Source: a virus
Length of the DNA stretch: 33,245 nucleotides
Virus genome (UHGV): UHGV-0144531
Reading direction: 5' to 3' (one strand)
Part shown: one piece after another, positions 24,162 through 33,245 of the stretch
Layout: the number at the start of each line of letters is the position of its first letter
Numbering within the stretch: position 1 is the first letter of the stretch
Program-made: the position numbers and the translations under genes
Notes under the pieces: model-generated
Told to the model about the DNA's origin: nothing
What the model saw: only the letters and a program-made list of their open reading frames with translations
The model's database searches: none

Positions 24162-25435
24162 AAACCGTGAGTAAAGAACTGATTCAGGTTAATACCAAAT
24201 TAACCGCTAATACCATACGCCGGGAAACTTATAACGGACGCGAGCACATTGTTGTGCCATCATATACGCTGCCATTCAATATCGTTATGAATCGTGAATA
24301 TTACCCGGAAGCTGAAATTATCGCTAATTACCAGTCACTGGAGGGTACGCTTGCCCCGCTGGGCCATCCTACCGTTGACGGTAAATTTGTTTCAGCATTT
24401 AGCCCGGAAGGATTAAACACGGGTTTTTGTGGTGCGTGGAACAGAAACGTTGAGTTACGCGGCAACCGTGTTTATGTGGAAAAATGGGTGGATGTGGAAA
24501 CCGCCAGCCATTCAAGCCAGGGCCGCGAATTATTAGCCCGACTGGAAGCACTGGAGAAAGGAGAAAGCAAAGATCCTATCTGGTCGTCCGTCGCTGTATA
24601 TCGCCAGCGTATGCCAGCCACCGAAGAAATGAAAGCCCAGGGTGCTGACCATGTAGTGAAAATCATGTCGATCGACCATGACGCTATCTTGCTGCATGAG
24701 CCGCCAGCCGCTTCGCCGGAACAGGGCGTAGGCTTAATGGTTAATACCGACCAGGCGAAGCCGTTAATGGCGGTGGCAATGAAAGAAAATAGCTATCGCA
24801 CACTTGAAAAACAGTTAACCGCTGCTGCGCGGGAAATGTTCCCTGACGCTGATTACGTATACGTGGTGGACTTCACTGATAGAGAGGTGACGATCGCCAC
24901 TAATGAAAACTGTGCGGAAAGATACAACTACGAAAAACAGGCTGATAAAATTATTCTCAATAATGGCGAGCTTACAACCAACGAGGAAAGTAAATCCTGG
25001 TTTACTCAGTTCGCTGAACACCTTTCTAATCTTTTCTCCCTGAATGAAAAAATTAAGGCCAATAAATCGGAGGACGATCCCATGCCTTTGACCAAAGAAG
25101 AACGCGCCGAACTGGTAAAAGAAATTAACGAAGGCTTATCCGCCAATATCGCTAATGCAGTAGCAGAGGCATTAAAACCAGTACAGGCAAGCGTTGAAGA
25201 ATTACAGACCAATCAGAAAGCGATTAAAGAAGAGATCGCAGCAAACGCAAATAAAGAAGAAGCAGAAAAACGCGCCGCAGTAGCAAAAGTACACGGCGAA
25301 ATTGTTGCTAACGCATTAAGCGGTGAAGCGTTAGAAGCAATGTTTAAATCCCTGGGCAAAGCAGCGCCGATGGCTACCAACGCAGCAAACGAAGGTAAAA
25401 AAGGCGAAGTCCCGGACTTTAACACCTATTTCTAA
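24152..25435 (+). CDS. Putative scaffolding / prohead maturation protein
   Basis: 427 aa; globular N-terminal half, Ala/Glu/Lys-rich coiled-coil-like C-terminal half; lies between portal-side and capsid genes. Confidence 0.4.
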   Translation: MGVKTVSKELIQVNTKLTANTIRRETYNGREHIVVPSYTLPFNIVMNREYYPEAEIIANYQSLEGTLAPLGHPTVDGKFVSAFSPEGLNTGFCGAWNRNVELRGNRVYVEKWVDVETASHSSQGRELLARLEALEKGESKDPIWSSVAVYRQRMPATEEMKAQGADHVVKIMSIDHDAILLHEPPAASPEQGVGLMVNTDQAKPLMAVAMKENSYRTLEKQLTAAAREMFPDADYVYVVDFTDREVTIATNENCAERYNYEKQADKIILNNGELTTNEESKSWFTQFAEHLSNLFSLNEKIKANKSEDDPMPLTKEERAELVKEINEGLSANIANAVAEALKPVQASVEELQTNQKAIKEEIAANANKEEAEKRAAVAKVHGEIVANALSGEALEAMFKSLGKAAPMATNAANEGKKGEVPDFNTYF

Positions 25436-25451
25436 TTAAAAGGGGATCACA

Positions 25452-25880
25452 ATGTCTCGTTTTCGTCGTGTAAATATTGATGGTAAATCCATTACCGAAA
25501 CCTACACTGCTAAGGTCGCAGTAAAACCAGGTGAACTGGTAAAACTGGACGGAGGTAAGTTTGCAAAAGCAACCAGTGCTGATGTCGGTGCAGCTCAGTT
25601 GTACATCGTCAACCCGGCATTCCACGAAGGCAAAACCATTACTGATGCAATCGCTGCAAATGAAACTGTTGTTGCTGATTATGTGGAACAGGGCCGAGAG
25701 TTTGCTCTCCTTGTTCCTGCAGCCGCTTATGTTAAGGGTGCAGCTATTGCTCTCGCAGCCGACGGGGTGAAACTGTTTGTTGCGCCAAGTGAACAGGCAG
25801 CGCCAGATCCGATCATCGCATACTGCCAGGAAGACGTAACCCTGGAGGCGGAAGATTTTATCCGCGTTCGCGTTGCTTAA
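25452..25880 (+). CDS. Putative head decoration or accessory capsid protein
   Basis: 142 aa Ala/Val-rich protein immediately upstream of the major capsid gene. Confidence 0.35.
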   Translation: MSRFRRVNIDGKSITETYTAKVAVKPGELVKLDGGKFAKATSADVGAAQLYIVNPAFHEGKTITDAIAANETVVADYVEQGREFALLVPAAAYVKGAAIALAADGVKLFVAPSEQAAPDPIIAYCQEDVTLEAEDFIRVRVA

Positions 25881-25897
25881 TTTAAAAGGGGAAAAAC

Positions 25898-26962
25898 ATG
25901 TACTTTACAAAAGAAAACCTTGCCACCAACGCCCGTATGCAGGGCCATTGGAAAGAACTGTGGGCGCAACGCAATATCTTCAACGAGCAGCACAACGCCA
26001 TGATTGCTGCAAATCAGGCAAATATGACCGCTGAAATGTTGACCTGTAACGCCGTCGGCGGCTTCGCAAAAGAATTCTGGAAAGAAATCGATAACCAGAT
26101 TATCGAACTGAACACCGAAGAAATCGGTATTGAGATCGTAAACGACCTGATGGGTGTGCAAACCGTACTGCCAATCGGTAAAACGCTGAAAATGTACAAC
26201 GTATCCGGTGACATCGATGATGAAGTTGTGATGTCTATGGATGGTCAAGCGCCACACGGCTTTGATCACACCGAATACGGCAGCGATGGCGACCCGATCC
26301 CGATGTTCGCAGCGGGTTACGGTGTTAACTGGCGTTTAGCTCAGGGCTTAAATACTGTAGGCATCGACCTTGCATTAGACAGCCAGCGCCTTAAACTGAA
26401 AAAATTCAACAAAGCACGCGTCCAGTTCTACCTGAATGGTAACGATCGCATCGTGGTTGATGGTCATAAAGCAATGGGTCTTAAAAACCACAAAAACACC
26501 CAGCAACTTAAACTGAAAACTGTCGCTAAAATCGACCTGACCACCGCGACTTTCGATAAGATTATTGAATTCTTTACCACTGGTGAGTTCGGGAAACTGG
26601 CCCGCGCCAACTTCGTAGCTAAATACGATGTAATGTGGGTATCGCCAGAAATCATGGCTAACCTGGCACGCCCACACATCGTTAATGGCGTAATTGTTGG
26701 TAGTGTACTGGATGTTATCAAGCCGTTTGTCCCGGTTGATGATATTCGCCAGACCTATGCGCTGACTGGCAACGAATTTATCGCTTATCAGCGTAGTCGC
26801 AGCGTCATCACCCCGCTGATTGGCATGACCACTGGCGTAGTTCCGTTACCGCGCATGATGCCGACCGATAACTACAACTTCCGCATTATGTCTGCTGAGG
26901 GTCTTCAGATCACCTGTGATATGAAAGGTCGTTCAGGTGTGGTCTACGGCAGCAATACCTGA
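25898..26962 (+). CDS. Major capsid protein
   Basis: 354 aa; position after scaffold/decoration genes; strong RBS; terminator immediately downstream. Confidence 0.6.
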   Translation: MYFTKENLATNARMQGHWKELWAQRNIFNEQHNAMIAANQANMTAEMLTCNAVGGFAKEFWKEIDNQIIELNTEEIGIEIVNDLMGVQTVLPIGKTLKMYNVSGDIDDEVVMSMDGQAPHGFDHTEYGSDGDPIPMFAAGYGVNWRLAQGLNTVGIDLALDSQRLKLKKFNKARVQFYLNGNDRIVVDGHKAMGLKNHKNTQQLKLKTVAKIDLTTATFDKIIEFFTTGEFGKLARANFVAKYDVMWVSPEIMANLARPHIVNGVIVGSVLDVIKPFVPVDDIRQTYALTGNEFIAYQRSRSVITPLIGMTTGVVPLPRMMPTDNYNFRIMSAEGLQITCDMKGRSGVVYGSNT

Positions 26963-26982
26963 TTGATATGTTTCCTGTAACT

Positions 26983-27009
26983 CCCCGGCGCGATGCCGGG
27001 GATTTTTTT
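26983..27009 (+). terminator. Rho-independent terminator after the major capsid gene
   Basis: ccccggc-gcgat-gccgggg hairpin followed by attttttt. Confidence 0.65.
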
Positions 27010-27027
27010 GTATGTGGAGAAAACAAA

Positions 27028-27414
27028 ATGGTCACTACAGAACAGGCGCGGGAATATATTGAAAGCCAGGGTATTGACCTGCCAGACGTTATCTTATCTT
27101 TGCTGGTGGAGCAGGCAAATAGCGTTAATGAATGCCTTGATGCCAACTATCCGGCCTCCACTGCAACATTGATTCAGCTTTATCTGATTGGCCTGTTAGG
27201 ACTAAGCCAGGCTGATAAATACGTTTCCTCGCAGACTGGGCCGAACGGTGCGAGTCAGTCATACCGCTATGTCGATTTTAATAAGCGATGGAAGGCGGCC
27301 TATTCGTTGCTTTACTCACTGGACAAACACCATTGTACAGCCGAACTAATTCCACCAGATCCAGAAAACACCGCGCACGCCGGGCTGTGGATTGGTAAGA
27401 GCAGGAGGATGTGA
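27028..27414 (+). CDS. Putative head-tail connector / adaptor protein
   Basis: ATG 27028 with GGAG RBS after the terminator; position after the capsid gene. Confidence 0.45.
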   Translation: MVTTEQAREYIESQGIDLPDVILSLLVEQANSVNECLDANYPASTATLIQLYLIGLLGLSQADKYVSSQTGPNGASQSYRYVDFNKRWKAAYSLLYSLDKHHCTAELIPPDPENTAHAGLWIGKSRRM

Positions 27415-27602
27415 CAATGTGGAACGACCTGACATTACCAAATCCAGTATTGCCGAAACCATTTACCCGCGTGTGGGTTAAAACGGATAGCGGACGCCAG
27501 GTGGCGGCCTACCTCAATGATGCTGGCTTATGGGTAATTCTTTGCCCGCGCGTGGCGAAAACTCATCCGAAAATTGTTAAATGGAGTTACGGCTATGAGT
27601 AA
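27411..27602 (+). CDS. Hypothetical structural protein (63 aa)
   Basis: ORF translationally coupled in the head-tail joining block. Confidence 0.4.
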   Translation: MTMWNDLTLPNPVLPKPFTRVWVKTDSGRQVAAYLNDAGLWVILCPRVAKTHPKIVKWSYGYE

Positions 27603-27963
27603 GCTATCGAGATTTACTTACAAGGCGTTAGCCACCATTTACCCCGTAACGCGTGACGACTGGACAAACTCCGATGTATACGGTACGCCATACCTGGTAG
27701 ATTGTGCATGGGAGCGTACTGACGGAACTGCAACAGACGCAAACGGCAACGAGGTGAGCAACACAATAACCGTATATACCGAACTGCTTCACAAGATGCA
27801 GCCAGTACAGCGCCCGGAAAAAGGATGGATGCTTGCCACTGGTGACACTACTGCTATTGCCGACCCGCTTGCGGCTGGGGCCAACGTTATAACCGGGATC
27901 GTTGAATGGGATATGAGCATGTTTAACGACACGCCGGATTATAAGATCGTGACAGGGGGTTAA
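27595..27963 (+). CDS. Putative head-tail joining protein
   Basis: ORF in structural block; ATG 27595 chosen inside the track ORF. Confidence 0.4.
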   Translation: MSKLSRFTYKALATIYPVTRDDWTNSDVYGTPYLVDCAWERTDGTATDANGNEVSNTITVYTELLHKMQPVQRPEKGWMLATGDTTAIADPLAAGANVITGIVEWDMSMFNDTPDYKIVTGG

Positions 27964-27965
27964 TC

Positions 27966-28430
27966 ATGCCTATCAGGGGAGTTAAACGCGTCCGTGAGAG
28001 ATTAAAGCAGGAGCTAAAGGAAATCACCGATAAAAAGACGCACGAAGTTTTATGGCGCGTCGGTATGCTGGCTGGTGGCTTTGCGGCAAACATGACACCA
28101 GTTGATACGGGTTTTTTAATTAACAGCCAATTTCAATATATAGGTAACACGGCGGATGGTATGCAGTTACGGCTGGGATATACAGCCCGTTACGCTGAAT
28201 GGGTGCACAATATGCCAGGCACATTAAAAGGCCAGCCGCGTGAACATTTCGGGAAAACAAATAACCTTTCAGATTTCGGGCCGAAACAGGTAATTGAGTT
28301 CGGCGGCGGTACTGGCAAAGGTAAATATTGGGACCCAAACGCGGAGCCGGAATTCTTGCGCAAGGCATTCGAAGATCCAAACAACGCCGACGATATTTAT
28401 AAAGAGATTGTAGAAGGTTACAAAACATGA
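27966..28430 (+). CDS. Putative head-tail joining / tail completion protein
   Basis: 154-aa ORF in structural block. Confidence 0.4.
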   Translation: MPIRGVKRVRERLKQELKEITDKKTHEVLWRVGMLAGGFAANMTPVDTGFLINSQFQYIGNTADGMQLRLGYTARYAEWVHNMPGTLKGQPREHFGKTNNLSDFGPKQVIEFGGGTGKGKYWDPNAEPEFLRKAFEDPNNADDIYKEIVEGYKT

Positions 28431-28813
28431 AGCGCAGCGAAGTATACGACGAAATAAGGGATTGGATTCAATCCCACGGATACGATGAGGGCTATATTTT
28501 GCAGGCCCGTTTCTGGAATGAGCGGAGCAATTCGAATAATGACAGATACATCGTAATCCAGCAAAACGGCGGCGCGGCTGGTGAAGAAGCAATAACCCGT
28601 GATTATTTCCGCATTCTGGTTATTTCAGCGCGTAATGATACAAATATCAGTGAAGTGGAAGACCTTGCCGATGCCATCCGTCAAAGTATGTTAACAGAAT
28701 ATAAAACTGATAAAATTACACACATGAAGCCAGTTGGCGCTATCCCTGCAATGCAGACAAGAGAAGGGCGCTTTATTTTTACCGTAGCTTTTCAAACCAT
28801 CATATCAAGATAA
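28427..28813 (+). CDS. Putative tail completion protein
   Basis: 128-aa ORF immediately upstream of the putative major tail gene. Confidence 0.4.
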   Translation: MKRSEVYDEIRDWIQSHGYDEGYILQARFWNERSNSNNDRYIVIQQNGGAAGEEAITRDYFRILVISARNDTNISEVEDLADAIRQSMLTEYKTDKITHMKPVGAIPAMQTREGRFIFTVAFQTIISR

Positions 28814-28826
28814 GAGGTAAATTAAC

Positions 28827-29303
28827 ATGTCTCAGACTTGCGAAAAAGGCACGTTTACAGGCCGTGACGTTGCTGTATTCTTCGCTATCGCTTGTCCAAA
28901 TGCGAAGCCGGAAACTGGAGCGTACAAAGCGTTAGGCATGATGCGTGGTAAAACACTTTCCGTTGAATGGGAAACCGCTGACGCCACCGCCGATAAATCA
29001 GCCGATTACACGAAAGAATCAATGGTTACTTACAAATCCGTTTCTTTCTCCGGCGACGGTGTGTCCCGCACTGAAGAAATCCATAATCAGAAAGCGCTGA
29101 AACGCCACGTAATTACGCCAGGTGAAACCACCGGATCACAACCTTATGTATGGCTGAAGATCGTTTCTCCTGTAGACGTAACTGAAGGCCCATTCCTTTG
29201 CACTTCCTTTAAAGAAGAAGATCCACACGATGATGTTTCCACCTGGTCCATTGAGTGCGAAAGCGCTGGCAAGGTAACGGTAGGCGACGTTCCGCCAGCA
29301 TAA
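28827..29303 (+). CDS. Putative major tail (tube) protein
   Basis: 158 aa; strong RBS; followed by a strong terminator; upstream of chaperone and tape measure genes. Confidence 0.5.
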   Translation: MSQTCEKGTFTGRDVAVFFAIACPNAKPETGAYKALGMMRGKTLSVEWETADATADKSADYTKESMVTYKSVSFSGDGVSRTEEIHNQKALKRHVITPGETTGSQPYVWLKIVSPVDVTEGPFLCTSFKEEDPHDDVSTWSIECESAGKVTVGDVPPA

Positions 29304-29321
29304 CAGCCAATATTAACAATC

Positions 29322-29346
29322 GGGGCCATTTGGCCCCTTTTCTTTT
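29322..29346 (+). terminator. Rho-independent terminator after the putative major tail gene
   Basis: ggggcc-attt-ggcccc hairpin followed by ttttctttt. Confidence 0.65.
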
Positions 29347-29358
29347 AAGGTGAATACT

Positions 29359-30036
29359 ATGATCCATGTTCGTACAGGACAATTTGCGGCTGTGGTGAAC
29401 GGTAAGCGCTATGAGTTTAATCCTTGCTTTGCTGCGATGGCTAAAATCGGCAACGATAGTGAGCTTGTCGAATATTTCGCACTTATCCACGGCAGCAAAT
29501 ACCCATCACGATTGCCTACAGATCCAGACCTCCGCAATCGCATTATGGCGCGGTGTTATGGTGAGATAGTACAAACGTCAATGCGCATCCTGAAATGTTG
29601 CTCAGACGACGAAATAGCCCCGTTATTGGGTGAATGTAGGTTAACTTCTTCCGCCAAGTTACGACTAAAACCCGGACTGATGCCGACCAGTGACGTTATC
29701 ACGCTGGCACAACATTGCATGTACCACGGTTTAATCGGTGACGGGCCAGAAGAAGACGCCGGAGAGATCCGGGAAGGGGAATATAAGCCGACTTTTAACG
29801 TGCTGGAATTCGTTTATTCTGCCGTAGCTCACCTGGGGTTATCAGAATCAGAAGCATGGAATATGACAATGACCGGATATAGGGCCGTTGTACGCGCTAA
29901 AACGCCGCCAGAAGCAAGAAACAAACAAAAACGCCCAAATGTATTGCTGGATAAAAAGGCTTATGACGATGGAATGAATGGTGCTATGGAGATACTAAAA
30001 AGAATGAAAAATCGCGAGCAAGAAAAAGCCCGGTAG
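29359..30036 (+). CDS. Putative tail assembly chaperone
   Basis: Position between major tail and tape measure genes; no frameshift partner ORF evident. Confidence 0.4.
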   Translation: MIHVRTGQFAAVVNGKRYEFNPCFAAMAKIGNDSELVEYFALIHGSKYPSRLPTDPDLRNRIMARCYGEIVQTSMRILKCCSDDEIAPLLGECRLTSSAKLRLKPGLMPTSDVITLAQHCMYHGLIGDGPEEDAGEIREGEYKPTFNVLEFVYSAVAHLGLSESEAWNMTMTGYRAVVRAKTPPEARNKQKRPNVLLDKKAYDDGMNGAMEILKRMKNREQEKAR

Positions 30037-30050
30037 ATCCGGGCGTTTTT
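30023..30050. terminator. Bidirectional rho-independent terminator
   Basis: aaaaa-gcccgg-tagat-ccgggc-gttttt: hairpin flanked by A-run and T-run, between convergent genes. Confidence 0.65.
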
Positions 30051-30061
30051 GTTAAGTTCGC

Positions 30062-30382
30062 TTATGCTATTTTTTCGTAAAGCACATTCATCTGGGTGCG
30101 AATCACTGTTAATATATTGATTGCTGCGTTCTTATTAATGCGTTTATTCGCTACTATTTTTGTTTTCCCATCAATAACAACCAGATCTGCGTGCAATACA
30201 TGGTTGAAGTTGACAATGTAATAATACTGTTTATCGCCAACATGTTGAACATATGCACCATTTAGATTTCCTTTATACCCACAATCACGCTCTGCGACAC
30301 CGAAGTCAAATTCGCGGTTCATCTTGCGATTATATGCTACTTGTTTATGTTCCCATTTTCTCATCCATTCATCGCGTTTCAT
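30062..30382 (-). CDS. Hypothetical protein (106 aa), second gene of minus-strand insertion
   Basis: Minus-strand ORF with no signal peptide; AT-rich by eye; 9-nt gap from upstream lipoprotein gene. Confidence 0.5.
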   Translation of the reverse strand: MKRDEWMRKWEHKQVAYNRKMNREFDFGVAERDCGYKGNLNGAYVQHVGDKQYYYIVNFNHVLHADLVVIDGKTKIVANKRINKNAAINILTVIRTQMNVLYEKIA

Positions 30383-30391
30383 GTTTCACCC

Positions 30392-31051
30392 TTAATTCCA
30401 GTTGCAAGCGTTTTTCACTTTGTCGATGTGGTTATAAAGACCATCAATGTTAAACACTGCTTTCTCAATGTCGCCAGCTTCCGGCACTACTTCAATGATA
30501 AATTGTTTTTCGTTAACCAGTTTTTTAATCATTGGAATGGCTTTTTTGCCGTTCCATAATCCAAGAGCTTTATAGTTAGTTGACCGACTCCATTCAGTAG
30601 CTACAGCTTTGTGATCGCCGATCTGGTAGTTAATATAAGTAGTGTCCCCAGCGTCAGTTACATGGTTTGACCATGCTACGAACATTTTTGTTTTATTACC
30701 CTGGCAAGCGATTGTTAATACAGGTTTGTTTTCATCCCGTGCTTTCAGTGTAGGGAAAGCATCAAGACTTCCGCTGAAATGTTCTGCTTTCACGAAAAGG
30801 AACACGTTTTTTGTGTCCTGCATATCATCTTTTCTTTCGACCACAAGCCACTGTTTACCAGCTTTTTCTTTTGCTAACTGTGCCTCATATGCGGCTTGTT
30901 TTGCTTGTTGTTCTGCAAGCCATTTAGCATTTTTCTCTGCTAATGCTTGTTGTTCTTGAGTGGTCACTATAGGCGCTTTTTCATTATCCTCATTGCAACC
31001 AACCAGACCCAATACCGCCGCAATCATTGCCACTTTTGCTAACCGTTTCAT
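30392..31051 (-). CDS. Predicted lipoprotein (219 aa)
   Basis: Signal peptide with lipobox (MKRLAKVAMIAAVLGLVGC); Ala/Gln/Lys/Glu-rich linker then globular domain of about 130 aa; GGTGGG RBS; minus strand. Confidence 0.7.
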   Translation of the reverse strand: MKRLAKVAMIAAVLGLVGCNEDNEKAPIVTTQEQQALAEKNAKWLAEQQAKQAAYEAQLAKEKAGKQWLVVERKDDMQDTKNVFLFVKAEHFSGSLDAFPTLKARDENKPVLTIACQGNKTKMFVAWSNHVTDAGDTTYINYQIGDHKAVATEWSRSTNYKALGLWNGKKAIPMIKKLVNEKQFIIEVVPEAGDIEKAVFNIDGLYNHIDKVKNACNWN

Positions 31052-31098
31052 AACCCACCACGCTAACTTGATTTACTGACCATTCCCTTTGGCTTCTT

Positions 31099-31161
31099 TA
31101 TACAAAATGGAGTCGTTGAAGTAAAGCCATTTTGTATAAAATAGATACACAGATCACATTT
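31099..31161. promoter_or_regulatory. Palindromic element TATACAAAATGG-N16-CCATTTTGTATA with adjacent GATCACATTT, between divergent genes
   Basis: tatacaaaatgg 31099-31110; ccattttgtata 31127-31138; gatcacattt 31152-31161; TATAAA-like -10 in each arm on its own strand. Confidence 0.5.
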
Positions 31162-31178
31162 TTGCATGAGGTTAAATC

Positions 31179-33245
31179 ATGGCTACCAGTGTAGGTACAA
31201 TTTATTACGAAGTTGATGCGAAAACTGGTCAACTTCTCGTTGCACAACGACAGGCAGACCAGGCCTTTGGGCGTATAGAGCGCGGCGCAAAACAGGCTGA
31301 CCGCCAGGTAAACACCCTGAAAACATCCATCAAGGCACTGACCAGGGTTATCCATTTGCTAATTGCTGCGGAGGCCGTGCGTCAATTTATGGATATGGCG
31401 GAGCAAGCAAAAATGCTTCGCGTAAAAATCAAAATGCTTACGGGCGATGCGGAGTCCGCCGGACGGGTTTTTGATGGCCTGAAAGCAATATCAAAAGAAA
31501 CAGGCCAAAGCATGAAGGATACCGGGGATCTGTGGCAAGGCTTAGCTATCTCACTGAAGAACACGTCCGCCACTGAAGGGCAATTGCTTAACCTGGTAGG
31601 TACGATTCAGAAAATGGGGGCGTTGGGCGGCGCGTCAGCGGAGCAGATGTCAAACTCAATGCGTCAATTCCGTCAGTCTATCGACGGTGGCGTGTTGCGT
31701 GCTGAAGAATTCAACAGCCTGTTAGAAAACACCCCGACCATCGTACAGACAATGGCACGCCAGATGGGGTTATCAATGGGCCAATTCCGCGCCGAAATGC
31801 TGGACGGTAAGATCACGGCAGAAAGGATGGTTAACGCAATCCAGGCGGCTACGCAGGAAACAAACGAGAAGTTTGCGCAGTTGCCGCGCACATCCGGCAT
31901 GGCCCTGAATGAGCTTAAAGTCGAGGTTATGGGACTTGTTGAGCAATTGGATGATCTTTTCGGTGTATCCGATACGGTTGTTGCTGGTATCGATCTTGTA
32001 ACGAAAGGTGTTAAGGCTTTAGGTGAAGGCGCTGATTTCGCTAAAACCTGCTTTAACACCCTGAAGACGGCTGGTGGCGAATTCATCGACATGTTTGAAG
32101 ATGTCAGAATCAAGGCTGGCGAGGTAGCCGAGAAGATCATCGCAATGGTGACGCCAATCAAGGCACTAATGGATGCCTACAAATGGATGAAGGAGGTCGT
32201 AGGAGAGCAAACCGACGAATATAACAGCAACTACGAGAAGAAATACGGTAAGACCGTTGGCAAGGTCATGCAACTACAGGATGATCTGACCGCAGCAATC
32301 CAGGCTACAGAAGAAGCAAGGAAAAATGAACAGAATGCCGCCAATGACGGAGCGATTACCGGATTCGACAAGCCAGTAGACAAACCGAAAAAACAGAAAA
32401 AAGAGAAGAAATCTGAAGCTGATCGTCTTGGCGATAAAGGTATAAGCGTTTCTGACCAGTACAACAAAGACGCCGCCGCTATGCGCAAAGCGTTAGAGAG
32501 CGGCAAGGCCATTGATGCTGCATTCGCCCAGGGTAAAATCACTCTCCTTGAGTACCGCGCCGCGCAAAAAGGGATAGGTAAGGAACTAAAGGAAGAATTA
32601 GCACAAATTCCGGTAGAGGAATTGCGCGACAAATGGGAGCAAATAGTAAGCCCGATGGATCAGCTAAAGGGCGAAGTAGACCCTATTCAGCAGGTTCAAA
32701 ATGAATGGGCCGTCCGTAAGCAAATGCTTATCGACCTGGGCGTGACGGAAGCGCAACAGAAACAGGAACTGTTAGCCTATGAGCAACAGATCCGCGATCT
32801 GAAGTGGGAGCAATGGCAGGCGCAAAGCGACACAAACAGCCTTATCGGTGATTGCGTTAATGGCCTTAAAGGTGGTATGAGCAATGCACTTGTTGGCCTG
32901 TTAAATGGTACTCAATCATTGAGTGATGTTTTTGCTAACTTAGGCAGCAATATCCTCGGGAATATCGGTAACAGGCTTTCAGACATAGCTGCAAACTGGA
33001 TAGCAGATCAGATCATGATGGAAACGCAAAGCAAAGCGACTCAGGCAAGTACCACGGCGGGCGCGGTAGCGGCGCAAGGCCAGATTGCTGCGGCGGCGGC
33101 CCCGGCGGCGGCGGCAACAGCGGCGTCAACTGGCGGCGCATGGGCGGCGGCTGGTTCTGCGGCACTCACTGCGATCATGTCGCTGGCTACGTCAATTTTT
33201 GGCGGCGGTCGCTTTAATGGTGGTAGCGTCATTGGTGGCAATATG
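31179..33245 (+). CDS. Tail tape measure protein (partial, continues past window end)
   Basis: Open frame from ATG 31179 (GAGG RBS) to the window end, 689 codons with no stop; alpha-helical, Ala/Gln/Glu-rich, Ala/Gly-rich hydrophobic segment near the end; missing from the ORF track because no stop is present. Confidence 0.8.
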   Translation, partial: MATSVGTIYYEVDAKTGQLLVAQRQADQAFGRIERGAKQADRQVNTLKTSIKALTRVIHLLIAAEAVRQFMDMAEQAKMLRVKIKMLTGDAESAGRVFDGLKAISKETGQSMKDTGDLWQGLAISLKNTSATEGQLLNLVGTIQKMGALGGASAEQMSNSMRQFRQSIDGGVLRAEEFNSLLENTPTIVQTMARQMGLSMGQFRAEMLDGKITAERMVNAIQAATQETNEKFAQLPRTSGMALNELKVEVMGLVEQLDDLFGVSDTVVAGIDLVTKGVKALGEGADFAKTCFNTLKTAGGEFIDMFEDVRIKAGEVAEKIIAMVTPIKALMDAYKWMKEVVGEQTDEYNSNYEKKYGKTVGKVMQLQDDLTAAIQATEEARKNEQNAANDGAITGFDKPVDKPKKQKKEKKSEADRLGDKGISVSDQYNKDAAAMRKALESGKAIDAAFAQGKITLLEYRAAQKGIGKELKEELAQIPVEELRDKWEQIVSPMDQLKGEVDPIQQVQNEWAVRKQMLIDLGVTEAQQKQELLAYEQQIRDLKWEQWQAQSDTNSLIGDCVNGLKGGMSNALVGLLNGTQSLSDVFANLGSNILGNIGNRLSDIAANWIADQIMMETQSKATQASTTAGAVAAQGQIAAAAAPAAAATAASTGGAWAAAGSAALTAIMSLATSIFGGGRFNGGSVIGGNM

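Noticed and set aside
29359-30036. Programmed -1 frameshift partner for the tail assembly chaperone
   Set aside because: Looked for an overlapping downstream frame as in G/GT-type chaperones. No plus-strand ORF continues in another frame before the bidirectional terminator, so no frameshift is claimed.
33041-33241. Minus-strand ORF and Ala/Gly-rich repeat at the window end
   Set aside because: This is the reverse-complement shadow of the GC-rich, Ala/Gly-rich segment of the tape measure gene. The low-complexity stretch is typical of tape measure proteins.
1-33245. tRNA, rRNA, CRISPR array, integrase or transposase
   Set aside because: No T-loop/cloverleaf candidates, no regularly spaced direct repeats, and no integrase, recombinase or transposase-like ORF were seen. 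The integration module, if any, lies outside the window.

Overview
This window reads as an almost entirely plus-strand segment of a tailed phage or prophage genome from an enterobacterial-type host, with a lambdoid-mosaic layout. All calls come from reading the sequence and the supplied ORF track, using remembered family motifs; no database search or computation was run. In order: a LexA/CI-type repressor (164-811) and a structured 500-bp intergenic region; an Erf/SSB recombination module (1749-2797); about 20 small early ORFs; a methyltransferase cluster (Dam-like N6-adenine MTase 6266-6805, membrane protein, C5-cytosine MTase 7779-8537); NinG, RusA and a lambda-type Q antiterminator (8888-10798); a roughly 6.3-kb block of about 25-30 small unknown ORFs (10798-17070); a PR'/tR'-like promoter-terminator pair (17078-17157); a pinholin / SAR-endolysin / Rz / Rz1 lysis cassette (17178-18325); an HExxH protein (18604-19146); a tandem array of seven tiny hydrophobic peptide ORFs (19149-19848); then TerS, TerL, portal, head and tail genes up to a tape measure gene that runs off the window end (31179-33245). 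The main candidate for an undescribed system is an AT-rich two-gene minus-strand insertion (lipoprotein plus partner, 30062-31051) between the tail chaperone and tape measure genes. A recurrent palindromic motif (TACAAAATGG / CCATTTTGTA, often with GATCACAT) marks several operon boundaries. No tRNA, rRNA, CRISPR array, integrase or transposase was recognised.
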